Origin: a virus | Taxonomy: Duplodnaviria > Caudoviricetes | Strand: one strand, 5' to 3' | Length of the DNA stretch: 38,296 nucleotides | Virus record (IMG/VR): IMGVR_UViG_3300047545_000326 | Coordinates: 1 to 38,296 of that record | In this document: one piece after another, positions 1 to 9,294 of the stretch | Position numbering within the stretch: the stretch's first letter is position 1 | Layout of the letters: each line of letters opens with the position of its first letter | Made by a program: the position numbers and the translations under genes | Notes under the pieces: generated by a model | What the model was told of the DNA's origin: nothing | Seen by the model: the letters and a program-made list of their open reading frames with translations, nothing else | Databases searched by the model: none

Positions 1-2709
1 ATCACCTACGTTCTGTACGCCAGGGATTAAATATCTAGCAATGTCTAATGTTCTTTGCTTGATACCAAGTCCATTAGGAATACTCACTCCGTAGTTATAA
101 TCAGCAATAGAGTTGAATGAATATGCGTAGTTCTTTCTAGTGATGCCATTTATGTAAATAGCAATGTATGCCTGATAGGCTGTAAACATTGCTGTTGCAT
201 TAAATGGATTAGTTATTGCTGCAAGAGATGACGCACTGTCAAGAGCATCTCTCTGAGCTTCTTCTGTAAGAAGTCTGTATTTAGCATTCTTCTTCACCTC
301 AACGAAGTGAGCCAGACCCTTACCAAACATTACACTCTCAAGCTTAAGAACATTTCCTAAGAATGGCTGTCCAAAGGATGTCTCAGGAGAGTTGAATATT
401 TGTCTACGTTTTTCAGTGACACCAGGTTGTTCACTTGGCTCTTTACAAGAAGATACACCTGTAACCGTTCTAATGAAATTAGGACAGAAGTTTTTAGGAT
501 TACCCTCAACTAATACAGGAGTGGTACCTGGAATAACCTGAATAGTAATAGACCCTCTATTAGGCCATCCATCAATCCATGTCTGAGTGATACCTTTAAA
601 GATGTCATTATATTCAACTCTGATACCTCCAGCAAAAGCTCTAGGACATACATCCACTCTCCACTCATCATATGTAGCTACACCAGCTGCTCCTACAGCA
701 GGAGCTAATATAACTGGTTTGCTTGTAGAACATACAGCAAACGTTTCTGTTGTAGTGCGTGTAATCTTTTGTGTCTTGTTATTATCACAACTTGTATATT
801 CCACTACAGCAGTTCCATCAGGACCAAGCTTAGTGATATAAACCATGTAACTGTCACAGATGTCTGTGAATGCATTGTTTGTAGAGTTTAAAAATGGATC
901 TTTACGAAGGTCGTTATATGGATAGTTTGGATAGAAGTAGTCTTGATTCTCTCTAGTGTAGCTGTTTACGTTTCTTAACATACCCTTGGCTACAATAGAC
1001 TTATTTGTACTACGATCACCACGTACTATCTTAAATCCAACAATCTCAGATTTCTGCTCATCTGTAAGATTGGAAGCCTGAATCAACCCAATGATTTGTT
1101 GTGTATCTATACGCACACCAATTGGGAAGATGGCATCATTACCCATCACCATAGAGTTTGGCCCTGTGAAAAGCTTTGACTCATAGATTGGACTAACTGA
1201 TACATCAGGGAATTTATGATGTCTGATAGGCTGGCCAGCAAGATCACCCCATACATCTCTGTTACAAGGGTAAGTTTCTGTAGATTCCCAATAAGCCATC
1301 TGGCCGTATTGGTAAGGACCTTTGTATGCTGGGTCAGGAGAATATCCTTCAGAGAAACCTGTTACAGATGCTGTATTGTAGATTTTCCAATAAGGAGAGT
1401 AGCCTATACCACCAAAGTCATAAGATGGTGTGCCTACAAAATCGGGGTCTGTTTCAGGAACATCTGGTCTGTTCTCGTTAGAGTTTCTTGGTCTACCAGG
1501 AATATGAAAACCATCTGTCTGTTTACCATTTCTTAATAAGAAAACAATTTCAAATGCATAAATCTCATCTCTAAGATAACCTCTTAGATTGGTGGCATTT
1601 GTCTCATCAGCATAGTTTTCATCAGCAGGGATTCTCCAGCTTTCCCATAATAGTTCAACTTGGTTAGCAATGCTTTGATAATTTACCCTACTGATAGAAG
1701 ATAGGTTGTCCCAAACTAGAATATCCTGTACGTACGTAAGGTCTTGGGCAATATCGTAATATGGAAACTTCTCAAAGATGTCATTAATAGAGAGACGAAT
1801 CTGTGTTTGATTCTGGCCGCTATAAATGATTTGCTTCTGAAGGTTGTCTATGTAATATGTTCCTACAAGCTCTACAGATGTAATCCCATTCACTGTTTTA
1901 ATTACAGCAAGGTTAAAATACTGGAATAGTCCTGTACCATCCAAGTTGCTGACATTAACAACAATAGATTTACCAACAGGGTAATTAAAGTTTACACTGG
2001 TGATAGAAGGATCTGCAATAGGAGTGGGGTTGGTTACTGAGTAGTATGATGTGTAAGGATTTCCTAATGAGTCACAGTATTGAGCAGCAAACTGATATGT
2101 ACCAGCTTCTAAATTACCTGTACTTCTCACTTCCTCAATATCAAGCTGAGGAATATTAAAATTAGGCTGAAGCTTTAACTGATTGCAATCAAGATCATCT
2201 GTGTATTCAGGACTACATAAAGGAGTGCCTGTCTTTAACACTTTAGGAATATCATCAATATCAAGATAGCGTCTAGGATTAAGACCATCTGTCCAGTAGA
2301 TTTCTGTAGAACAGTTGGTTAATCTATGAACCACCTTATGTATAGGATAGTTAATATTAAAATTTAAACAAGGAGCATTTACCAATACACGGTACACGCA
2401 ATCGTTGTTCTCCATATAGCCAATCTGGCTATCTTTGGTTTCAGGATTGGTGATAAAGAATATGTGTTTGTTTCTCTCAGGAATAAAATGTTTACCTATA
2501 AGCATGTATCCATCAGGAAAGCTTAGGCAAAACTCGTTCCCTGGCTCATTCTGATAGTTTACAGAATTAGCATCAAAGTTTTCAACGCCTGCATTCAGGG
2601 CATACGTAAGCATACCCTTCTTAACCTGATTCAGTGTCTGATCAAGATTAAGACCTGTGGTAGCATTATTATATTCCTGTGTAATATTGCTTTGTTCTTG
2701 TTCAGCCAT
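1..2709 (-). CDS. Tail stabilisation / muzzle protein (P22 gp10-like, crAss-type), 5' part; runs off the window start
   Basis: Not in the ORF track because no stop lies inside the window. Manual translation of the first ~150 codons from ATG 2709 gives MAEQEQSNITQEYNNATTGLNLDQTLNQVKKGMLTYALNAGVENFD...NEPGNEFC...CLNFNINYPI...EIYWTDGLNPRRYLDID, an N-terminal pattern I recognise from crAss-like muzzle proteins. It lies directly after a ring/tubular gene. The rest of the frame was not checked codon by codon. Confidence 0.75.
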   Translation of the reverse strand, partial: MAEQEQSNITQEYNNATTGLNLDQTLNQVKKGMLTYALNAGVENFDANSVNYQNEPGNEFCLSFPDGYMLIGKHFIPERNKHIFFITNPETKDSQIGYMENNDCVYRVLVNAPCLNFNINYPIHKVVHRLTNCSTEIYWTDGLNPRRYLDIDDIPKVLKTGTPLCSPEYTDDLDCNQLKLQPNFNIPQLDIEEVRSTGNLEAGTYQFAAQYCDSLGNPYTSYYSVTNPTPIADPSITSVNFNYPVGKSIVVNVSNLDGTGLFQYFNLAVIKTVNGITSVELVGTYYIDNLQKQIIYSGQNQTQIRLSINDIFEKFPYYDIAQDLTYVQDILVWDNLSSISRVNYQSIANQVELLWESWRIPADENYADETNATNLRGYLRDEIYAFEIVFLLRNGKQTDGFHIPGRPRNSNENRPDVPETDPDFVGTPSYDFGGIGYSPYWKIYNTASVTGFSEGYSPDPAYKGPYQYGQMAYWESTETYPCNRDVWGDLAGQPIRHHKFPDVSVSPIYESKLFTGPNSMVMGNDAIFPIGVRIDTQQIIGLIQASNLTDEQKSEIVGFKIVRGDRSTNKSIVAKGMLRNVNSYTRENQDYFYPNYPYNDLRKDPFLNSTNNAFTDICDSYMVYITKLGPDGTAVVEYTSCDNNKTQKITRTTTETFAVCSTSKPVILAPAVGAAGVATYDEWRVDVCPRAFAGGIRVEYNDIFKGITQTWIDGWPNRGSITIQVIPGTTPVLVEGNPKNFCPNFIRTVTGVSSCKEPSEQPGVTEKRRQIFNSPETSFGQPFLGNVLKLESVMFGKGLAHFVEVKKNAKYRLLTEEAQRDALDSASSLAAITNPFNATAMFTAYQAYIAIYINGITRKNYAYSFNSIADYNYGVSIPNGLGIKQRTLDIARYLIPGVQNVGD

Positions 2710-2714
2710 ATCTG

Positions 2715-3686
2715 TTAGTTATTTCTTCTCCAACCAGACCTATTCACTCTGTTTGGTAGTTCGTACATGTTAAATCTATTCAAGTCATTCTTTATTCTAC
2801 GCTGCTTAGTCCAGCTATCTTGCTTCTTGATTTCAATATCAGCCATGATGAATGCTTCATCTGCCAATTGTTTGTAATACATAAGCTTTTGCTGTATTTG
2901 ATTGAACGTCTCATCATTCACTTGATTTGACAGCGTTTCAAATACTTTGTATTTGATGAAAGCTTCTATGTATTCTCTGATACGATAGTTGTCAGGCATC
3001 ATTTGATTACCCACACCATCGTACTCTGTAGAATAAAATACAAGATGTACAATACCATTTCTGAAGTTGGTGACAAACTTGTTATCTCTAATATCGAAAG
3101 AATCATATCCAGATGCTCCAGGTGTAAAGTTGTTTACAGGAGTTGGATTTTGATAGAATTCCCAGTTGTTTGTATAATCTACACCACAGTTCTTCTTAGC
3201 AGAGATTGTACCTGGTTTTAACAGATATAGTCTTTGATAAGCAATTGCTGTAGCGTTATTTGTCTTATAGACTGTCTGCATCAGTTCTGGCATACAACTA
3301 CCATCACAACCTACATTTCCGCAACAAGGACTAGGCATAGTGCCATCTGTTACAATAGGGCTCACCTGAATAGTTGTTTGTGTCGCAGCTTGTGAATAGA
3401 ATGAATTGGCCGTTTGATAAGGAAGTCCTTGAATCTCTGTGCACATCCAAGCCTCTCTGACAGCATAAAAGTTATCAGGCAGGCGTGATTGGAAGTCCTC
3501 TATATAAAGAACATCTTCAGCAATAGGATAGCTACCTCTTCCCAATTTCCTCAAGCACTTATCAAGGTAAGTGGGGAACATTAGGTCGTCTACAGCACCT
3601 GTGTCGAAATAGCTCTTAAGCTCTTCCTTTACAGTAGAGTAAACTATCTCAGGAGAGATGAAGCTGTATTTGTAATAATTAGACAT
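2715..3686 (-). CDS. Putative tail tubular / ring protein
   Basis: 323-aa ORF tightly packed between the IHF-like gene and the muzzle gene, which is the crAss-like gene order. The assignment is mainly by synteny. Confidence 0.55.
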   Translation of the reverse strand: MSNYYKYSFISPEIVYSTVKEELKSYFDTGAVDDLMFPTYLDKCLRKLGRGSYPIAEDVLYIEDFQSRLPDNFYAVREAWMCTEIQGLPYQTANSFYSQAATQTTIQVSPIVTDGTMPSPCCGNVGCDGSCMPELMQTVYKTNNATAIAYQRLYLLKPGTISAKKNCGVDYTNNWEFYQNPTPVNNFTPGASGYDSFDIRDNKFVTNFRNGIVHLVFYSTEYDGVGNQMMPDNYRIREYIEAFIKYKVFETLSNQVNDETFNQIQQKLMYYKQLADEAFIMADIEIKKQDSWTKQRRIKNDLNRFNMYELPNRVNRSGWRRNN

Positions 3687-3691
3687 TTATT

Positions 3692-4168
3692 TTATATTTT
3701 CCATTGATGATACACATGTTGATAGTTATCATTGGTTTTTAAGTAGTGGGATAGAAGACGTGATGTATTTCTACAAGGCTTGAAATACCACAACATAGAG
3801 TGTCTGAATCTAGATGTATTCTTGAACCAAACCCATCCAAAGAAGTAACCCTCTGTATGGAAATTAAAATTGTAGATTATCTTGCCTTTTTCCTTGGTCT
3901 TCTTCCAGTCTATAGGAAGGTTTACAAACTCCTTTTCTCCATTAGACTTTATCTTCTTTCTCTTTTTCTTAGTGATAGAAAACTCACCAAATCCATGTGG
4001 AAGTTTTGCTCTTTCACCTGTCTCAAGAATATACTCTTTAAATCCTTCATTGAAGGAATAAACTATATTTCTCCACTGATCAAACGTAAGTTTTATAGTG
4101 GGGTGTTTCTTGCAAAAATCTTTGTAGTTTTCTTTACTAGCGCTTCTCCAGTCTATCTTTGTCCGCAT
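3692..4168 (-). CDS. IHF/HU-like DNA-binding protein (crAss-type)
   Basis: Basic 158-aa protein with HU/IHF signature GERAKLPHGFGEFSITKKKR, followed by IDWKKTK...N.HT.GY.F..W. Confidence 0.7.
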   Translation of the reverse strand: MRTKIDWRSASKENYKDFCKKHPTIKLTFDQWRNIVYSFNEGFKEYILETGERAKLPHGFGEFSITKKKRKKIKSNGEKEFVNLPIDWKKTKEKGKIIYNFNFHTEGYFFGWVWFKNTSRFRHSMLWYFKPCRNTSRLLSHYLKTNDNYQHVYHQWKI

Positions 4169-4900
4169 TTATTTTAGATTTGGGGCATTGGGCGCTTGGC
4201 CATCAATACCATCATCTGTAATATCTGTTTTAAGACGGAAGTAGGTAGATAAAAGTTTTTGAGAAGTGAGCTCTAATACTTGTTTCTCTAAGTATCCTGG
4301 AAGAGCAAACTCTTTATCAAGAGGGTTTTTACACCATTCTTCATCAGTCACTTCTGCTTGTCCACAACCACATTCCGAATACATAATTTCATTTGGAACA
4401 TCTTCTTCAAACAAAGCAACAAGTCTGATGGCTTTCACTGATGGATTGCTGACGTATAAATATCCGTCATTAGTAATCCAATAGTACTCTTCCTTCTTAA
4501 TAATAGGAAGTTTTAAAAGATTGATGTATCTATTAATTGTAATCTCTTTAAGTTTCTTACCCTGACCACTCATAGCATTTATTGAATAAACACCTTGAAT
4601 AACATATTGGTAATTTCCCTCAGAGATGCGAGGGATTTTGAATTTAGATCTTGCTACAGTACATGGATCTGCATAATTGCAACATTCAGAAATAGGAACC
4701 TCTACCATCTCCAAACAAGGGATGGTAGTGAACACTGTGTCTGTAGCCCACAGCTTTCTAAGATTTGTCTCTCTCTTGATAAGCAAGAGTGAGTTATTTC
4801 TAATCTCAGAAGCAATAGCTCTATCTGTTATCAACGAATCTGTTGATAATAATTTGTGTGTAGAGCGTACGTCTGAAACTAATTTCCTTAATGTGGCCAT
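4169..4900 (-). CDS. Putative tail ring / structural protein
   Basis: 243-aa ORF abutting its neighbours within the tail block. Called by synteny with crAss-like ring proteins. Confidence 0.5.
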   Translation of the reverse strand: MATLRKLVSDVRSTHKLLSTDSLITDRAIASEIRNNSLLLIKRETNLRKLWATDTVFTTIPCLEMVEVPISECCNYADPCTVARSKFKIPRISEGNYQYVIQGVYSINAMSGQGKKLKEITINRYINLLKLPIIKKEEYYWITNDGYLYVSNPSVKAIRLVALFEEDVPNEIMYSECGCGQAEVTDEEWCKNPLDKEFALPGYLEKQVLELTSQKLLSTYFRLKTDITDDGIDGQAPNAPNLK

Positions 4901-6150
4901 TATAAATATTGTTTGAATATGTTTGTCATTCCTTCGTTCTCTTCTATTAAGAATCCTGTAACTTCTCCTTTAGACATAACGTGTCCCATTTTATCATCCC
5001 AAAGACTCTTGGCAGTTGAGAATGCTGGAATTTGGTAAAACTTGATTCCATTAATATCCTGGCTGATTTCATGATGTTTATCACCTGTAAAGATGTAGAA
5101 ATTCTCATGATCTGACCAAGACTCTCTAAACTCTATTGGGAATATACCTGCAAGTTTAGCTGGTTTTATAGCATCACCATGATTGAACATCATGGCTGAG
5201 TTTCCGTAAGATACATACTTTCTGTACTTAGGAGAACTATCAAATGTCACTCGACCCATGTCTCTGAAGTAGGATTCTAACCAGTGAATCATGTGCCATC
5301 CAACATACTCATCGTGATTACCTGCTACATAGATAACATCTACGTTAACAGCATGTTGTAATAACAATGTAATCATCAACACCTCATGATCGCAGATGTA
5401 TTTAAATGATGCGTGATAGGTGTGTGTATTCTGTTGGGGAGTGCCTTTTGTAGTTGCGTTTGTGAACTCGCTATTGAATTCGTCTGAACCTATGATGTAT
5501 GTAATTCTATCTAGGTTGTTGGAAAGTCTTGCTTGGGAGACAATCAATTCCACTTTGTACATAATGTTTGCTAATCTCTTAGCTACGTTATTGTCTCCAT
5601 CAACGTCCCATTTATTGATATGGGAATCTTGTTTGTTAATTACAAGGGTTGCGTTTGCTTTCTCAAAGTCAAACTTAGGAGCCATAATCTCTTGACTAAC
5701 AGGCTCGTATGTTGATAAGAAGGATGTGAAAGAGTCTTGAAACACCTGTTCGTCTTTCTTCTTAGACAACCAGGCTTTCACCTGATAACAAGGACGCTCT
5801 GCGTTTCCCCAATAGTTCTGTACGTATTTAGTTATTTCCCATTTCTCTGTATCAATCTTACACTTCTCAATCAATTCGTCAAGCGTTCGTATCTCTTCTT
5901 TTGAGTTAAAAACCAGTTCACCAGTTCCTTTCTGTAAGTCTTCTTCAAACTTAACCACTTTATCTTCTAGTTCACTGATGTAGATTCCAGCTTCAGCATC
6001 TTCTTTAGCTTTCTCCATTTTTTTGATTTCCAACATCAACTCATCTACTTGAGCTTCTGTTATTCCTAGCTTTTCAGCGTAGAACTTTTTACTTTTTTTC
6101 CAAGTCAGAAGGTTCTCAAGGTCCTTCAAGAGGTGTTGGTTTGACGACAT
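4900..6150 (-). CDS. Calcineurin-like metallophosphoesterase with N-terminal HTH-like region
   Basis: Motifs D-x-H (QDSHI), GSD, GNHD, NHGD and GDKHH occur in canonical order. N-terminal YAEKLGITEAQVDEL is HTH-like. Confidence 0.75.
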   Translation of the reverse strand: MSSNQHLLKDLENLLTWKKSKKFYAEKLGITEAQVDELMLEIKKMEKAKEDAEAGIYISELEDKVVKFEEDLQKGTGELVFNSKEEIRTLDELIEKCKIDTEKWEITKYVQNYWGNAERPCYQVKAWLSKKKDEQVFQDSFTSFLSTYEPVSQEIMAPKFDFEKANATLVINKQDSHINKWDVDGDNNVAKRLANIMYKVELIVSQARLSNNLDRITYIIGSDEFNSEFTNATTKGTPQQNTHTYHASFKYICDHEVLMITLLLQHAVNVDVIYVAGNHDEYVGWHMIHWLESYFRDMGRVTFDSSPKYRKYVSYGNSAMMFNHGDAIKPAKLAGIFPIEFRESWSDHENFYIFTGDKHHEISQDINGIKFYQIPAFSTAKSLWDDKMGHVMSKGEVTGFLIEENEGMTNIFKQYL

Positions 6151-6179
6151 ATATAGTCAAGTTTGGTTAAAAATTGGCA

Positions 6180-6212
6180 TAAAGGTAGTGAATCTTTTTA
6201 ATATTTTCCAAA
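6180..6212 (-). promoter_or_regulatory. Near-consensus Bacteroidota housekeeping promoter
   Basis: Minus strand reads TTTG-N21-TACCTTTA, 30 nt upstream of the phosphoesterase ATG. Consensus is TTTG-N19-21-TAnnTTTG. Confidence 0.4.
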
Positions 6213-6261
6213 TTATTTTAACAATTTTAGTTATTGATGATAACTATTTCCGTTATAAAAC

Positions 6262-6292
6262 AAAAACTCCCCAGGGTAGAAACCCCAGGGAG
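6262..6292 (-). terminator. Intrinsic terminator-like hairpin
   Basis: Minus strand CTCCCTGGGGT-TTCT-ACCCTGGGGAG-TTTTT, just after the stop of the 6330..7136 gene. Confidence 0.6.
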
Positions 6293-6329
6293 AAGTCTTG
6301 TAAAACCAATAAAACAAGACTTTTTAATA

Positions 6330-7136
6330 TTATGCGTTACAGTTACCTAAGTTGGTCAAGAATCCGCCACCGCTAACTGTACCTTGTTGAGCACATATAG
6401 ACTGGCCAGATCCCACTGTCTGATTTGTTAAGATAGTTCCGTTACAATCTGTGTAATCCACGCCTGTAATATCACTACCAGTGTTGTTGTAAAGTTCATC
6501 ACAAATCACTGGAACTGGTGTTGTGGTAGTAGTTGTAGTTGGAGGAACAAGAGTTGTAGTAGTAGTTGTGGTTGGTTCTGGAGTACAAGAAGTACAAGCT
6601 GCGCTGAATGTTGCTGTACCAGATACATTAGGTGTATCAATTACAGCTTCTCTTACATTCACCCCATCAGATACCCATACAGTAGATCCAGCTGGTGCAC
6701 TTACAAACTGATCTCCTGTGATCGCTGTAGCATTACATAATCCTGGAGTTCCTGTAAATACAACACTAGTTAATGTTTGGTTTCCTTCACAAGCATCTAC
6801 TGTACTAGCTGTACTGTAATATAGAATAGCAGCTAATGTAGTAGTTGTTGTTGTGGTAGGAGGAGGAGTAGTAGTGGTTGTAGTTGTTGGAGGTGTTGTA
6901 GTTGTTGTGGTAGTTGTAGTGATTACTGAAAGATCTACGTAGTTTGTACATAGTCCTGTAGACATCACTCTAATTGTTGTGGTTCCATTAGGAACTGCAG
7001 ATGAAGGATAGCCAGCTACAAGAGCAGCTTTACTTACACCTGTTGCAAAAGCAGCACTGTATCCATCTACATTAGAATATAGATTAAAGGGGCCCGTGTC
7101 TGTTCCTGCTGTTGTTAATGTTATTAATACTGTCAT
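6330..7136 (-). CDS. Thr-rich putative virion surface / fibre protein
   Basis: 268 aa; small beta-rich, Cys-containing domains separated by poly-Thr/Pro linkers. Lies in the tail gene block. Confidence 0.55.
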   Translation of the reverse strand: MTVLITLTTAGTDTGPFNLYSNVDGYSAAFATGVSKAALVAGYPSSAVPNGTTTIRVMSTGLCTNYVDLSVITTTTTTTTTPPTTTTTTTPPPTTTTTTTLAAILYYSTASTVDACEGNQTLTSVVFTGTPGLCNATAITGDQFVSAPAGSTVWVSDGVNVREAVIDTPNVSGTATFSAACTSCTPEPTTTTTTTLVPPTTTTTTTPVPVICDELYNNTGSDITGVDYTDCNGTILTNQTVGSGQSICAQQGTVSGGGFLTNLGNCNA

Positions 7137-7148
7137 AAATTATTGATT

Positions 7149-8231
7149 TTAAGGAATATACATAATGTAGTAGCAACCAAGTCCAGGTTGATAGTTAGGA
7201 TGAGGAAGACCACCACCAGCATTAGCATTAACAACGTTAGTTGTCACAGTGATACCTGTAAGACTGGTTGTAGAATTTATATCTTGAGGAGTTGCATTTC
7301 CAACAGCAATTGACCCACCTCCTCCAGTTATATTGCTTTTACCAACACCGTGTCTGTGACCAGGGTCGTTTACAAACGACGTAGCAGAAGCTACGTGCGT
7401 GTGCGAAGGAATCTGGGTTATAGACAAGGTAACGTTGTTGCTACCAACAGCACTATATAGATTGTATGTAGGGTTACCTGAAACCGCTGGATCTACAGCA
7501 GGATTCAATGTACCACCACCCATTCCAGATGTTGCACCCACACCTACACGTCCACGTTTGTCAGGAGTGCCATTGTTTCCATTACATAGATAGATCTTTT
7601 CCCAATCACCAAGTCCTGCTCCAGAAGCATCAAATCTTCCTGAAATAGGTCCGTAGTATTCAACTACAGTGTTAGGAACCATTCTATTGTAATACTTGGT
7701 AGAAACTCCAAGACTAGATAGATATGCAGCAATTAAAGAATTAAGTTGAGAAAGCTTTACGTAGTTTGTACTTACATCTAAAGCAAGAGCATCAAGCTCA
7801 ATCTCTAGTCCACAAAGCTTTGTAATTGCAGCCTGTAGAATCGCATGGGTTCCAGAAGTTGCTGTAACGCCAGTTAGACATCCCACTGTGTAGTTACCCT
7901 CTAGAGCAGCAAAATCATCTTCGACAACTTTAAGTCTTGTGTCTAATTCACAGATGGCTTTAATAAGTGCATTCAGAAGGTTTACTAATGTGAGGTCTTC
8001 ACATTCTACAATGTTTTTATTTACGATTTCACAGATGATTTGAGGATCAATTGTTAGTTTGATTCCTGTACCATCTAGTGTAGAGGTGAGAAACGTAATC
8101 AACGCTTGTTCAACATAAGAAAGAGAGTCACCTGTCTTGATTCCAAGAACAGGCACATCAATTCCAGTATATCTTACGCATTGATCAGAATACGTTTCTG
8201 CACAACCATTATAACAATTTGAACAAGACAT
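7149..8231 (-). CDS. Tail fibre protein with C-terminal tail-collar-like domain
   Basis: YLCNG.NGTPDKRGRVGVG...VTLSITQIPSHTH...DPGHRH...PHPNYQP...YIM is the tail-collar / receptor-binding tip pattern. N-terminus is Cys-rich and coiled. Confidence 0.75.
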   Translation of the reverse strand: MSCSNCYNGCAETYSDQCVRYTGIDVPVLGIKTGDSLSYVEQALITFLTSTLDGTGIKLTIDPQIICEIVNKNIVECEDLTLVNLLNALIKAICELDTRLKVVEDDFAALEGNYTVGCLTGVTATSGTHAILQAAITKLCGLEIELDALALDVSTNYVKLSQLNSLIAAYLSSLGVSTKYYNRMVPNTVVEYYGPISGRFDASGAGLGDWEKIYLCNGNNGTPDKRGRVGVGATSGMGGGTLNPAVDPAVSGNPTYNLYSAVGSNNVTLSITQIPSHTHVASATSFVNDPGHRHGVGKSNITGGGGSIAVGNATPQDINSTTSLTGITVTTNVVNANAGGGLPHPNYQPGLGCYYIMYIP

Positions 8232-8498
8232 TTATTTATATTTTAATAGTTTTACTCTGCTTGCAATCATACTCACGGTATAATTAGAAGCATAATTTGG
8301 ATTACAGTATTTATATGTTAAGATTCGCTTATAGTTCAACAGATCCAACATAACATTGGCTGGAACTGGCTGGTTCAACATAAACACCAGATTGTTATAT
8401 AAGTTATTACTTAGTTCAGAAAGTTTGCAGTCTATCTCCTTTAACAAGTGAGGTATACTACCACATTCTGGACAATTTGTAAGCCTGGGTGATAACAT
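8232..8498 (-). CDS. Hypothetical structural protein (possible tail hub)
   Basis: 88-aa ORF abutting the fibre gene, with a CxxC motif. Function is inferred from position only. Confidence 0.5.
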   Translation of the reverse strand: MLSPRLTNCPECGSIPHLLKEIDCKLSELSNNLYNNLVFMLNQPVPANVMLDLLNYKRILTYKYCNPNYASNYTVSMIASRVKLLKYK

Positions 8499-8610
8499 TG
8501 TTTATGAATTTGCGTCCTTGTCTAACAGCACTGTTGCATGCAGCACAAAGACCGTTAGTTAATTGACATCCGCACCCTACTTTAGCTCCACAATTTCTAC
8601 AAGTAGCCAT
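8458..8610 (-). CDS. Small Cys-rich protein (50 aa)
   Basis: Below the ORF-track cutoff. Translation MATCRNCGAKVGCGCQLTNGLCAACNSAVRQGRKFINNVITQAYKLSRMW*. Starts 1 nt after the upstream stop and fills the gap. Confidence 0.6.
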   Translation of the reverse strand: MATCRNCGAKVGCGCQLTNGLCAACNSAVRQGRKFINNVITQAYKLSRMW

Positions 8611-8611
8611 A

Positions 8612-9211
8612 TTAATTGAAGTTTACGAGATAGTTTGTACCAGAACAACCACAGTTGTTTTTGATGAAGTTGTTCAACATCCTATCTGCTTGGTTATATA
8701 ATTTAGTTGCCTCAGCCTCAGCACAGTTGTTTGCTGCAGCAATAGACCCCTGGATGAAGAAATAGATGGTATTAAGGTCAACTTTTGCTTGAGTCTTAAT
8801 TGCTCTATCACACTCCATCATATCAAGCTTCATAAACGCCTCATCAAACTTCTCTTGTATTTGCTCTGTGCGCATGATAGTCTTCTCTACAAAGTTAATT
8901 GAAGAGGGTGCCACAGAATATCTCAAACGATATACACCATCAGGTAGAGGCTGATCAACACCCACTGGTGTGATTCCTAAGTTTGATGTAGTGAATATGT
9001 TAAAGTCGTTAACATTAAAGGGGAGTAAGAATGCACCAAAGCCTGGTACAGTAATCTGAATACTTGCTCCAGAAACAATTGGGGGATCTGTAGGATAGTA
9101 AGACGCATCAGCAACACCTAATGTCTGTGAATTATACGTAGGAATCACCAAGATGTCCAACTTAATACCTGTGGTTGGATAAATGGTGGTTGTAGTAGTT
9201 GTTGTTGTCAT
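8612..9211 (-). CDS. Hypothetical structural protein (possible tail hub), N-terminal poly-Thr
   Basis: 199 aa with LPDGVYRLRY motif, directly downstream of the auxiliary capsid-like gene. Confidence 0.55.
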   Translation of the reverse strand: MTTTTTTTTIYPTTGIKLDILVIPTYNSQTLGVADASYYPTDPPIVSGASIQITVPGFGAFLLPFNVNDFNIFTTSNLGITPVGVDQPLPDGVYRLRYSVAPSSINFVEKTIMRTEQIQEKFDEAFMKLDMMECDRAIKTQAKVDLNTIYFFIQGSIAAANNCAEAEATKLYNQADRMLNNFIKNNCGCSGTNYLVNFN

Positions 9212-9294
9212 GCTGTTTAAATAATTATGCCAGAGGATCTGAGTGTTCCTCTCACCTCTGGCATAGGTTATATAATCTAGGAATCTATCCTATC

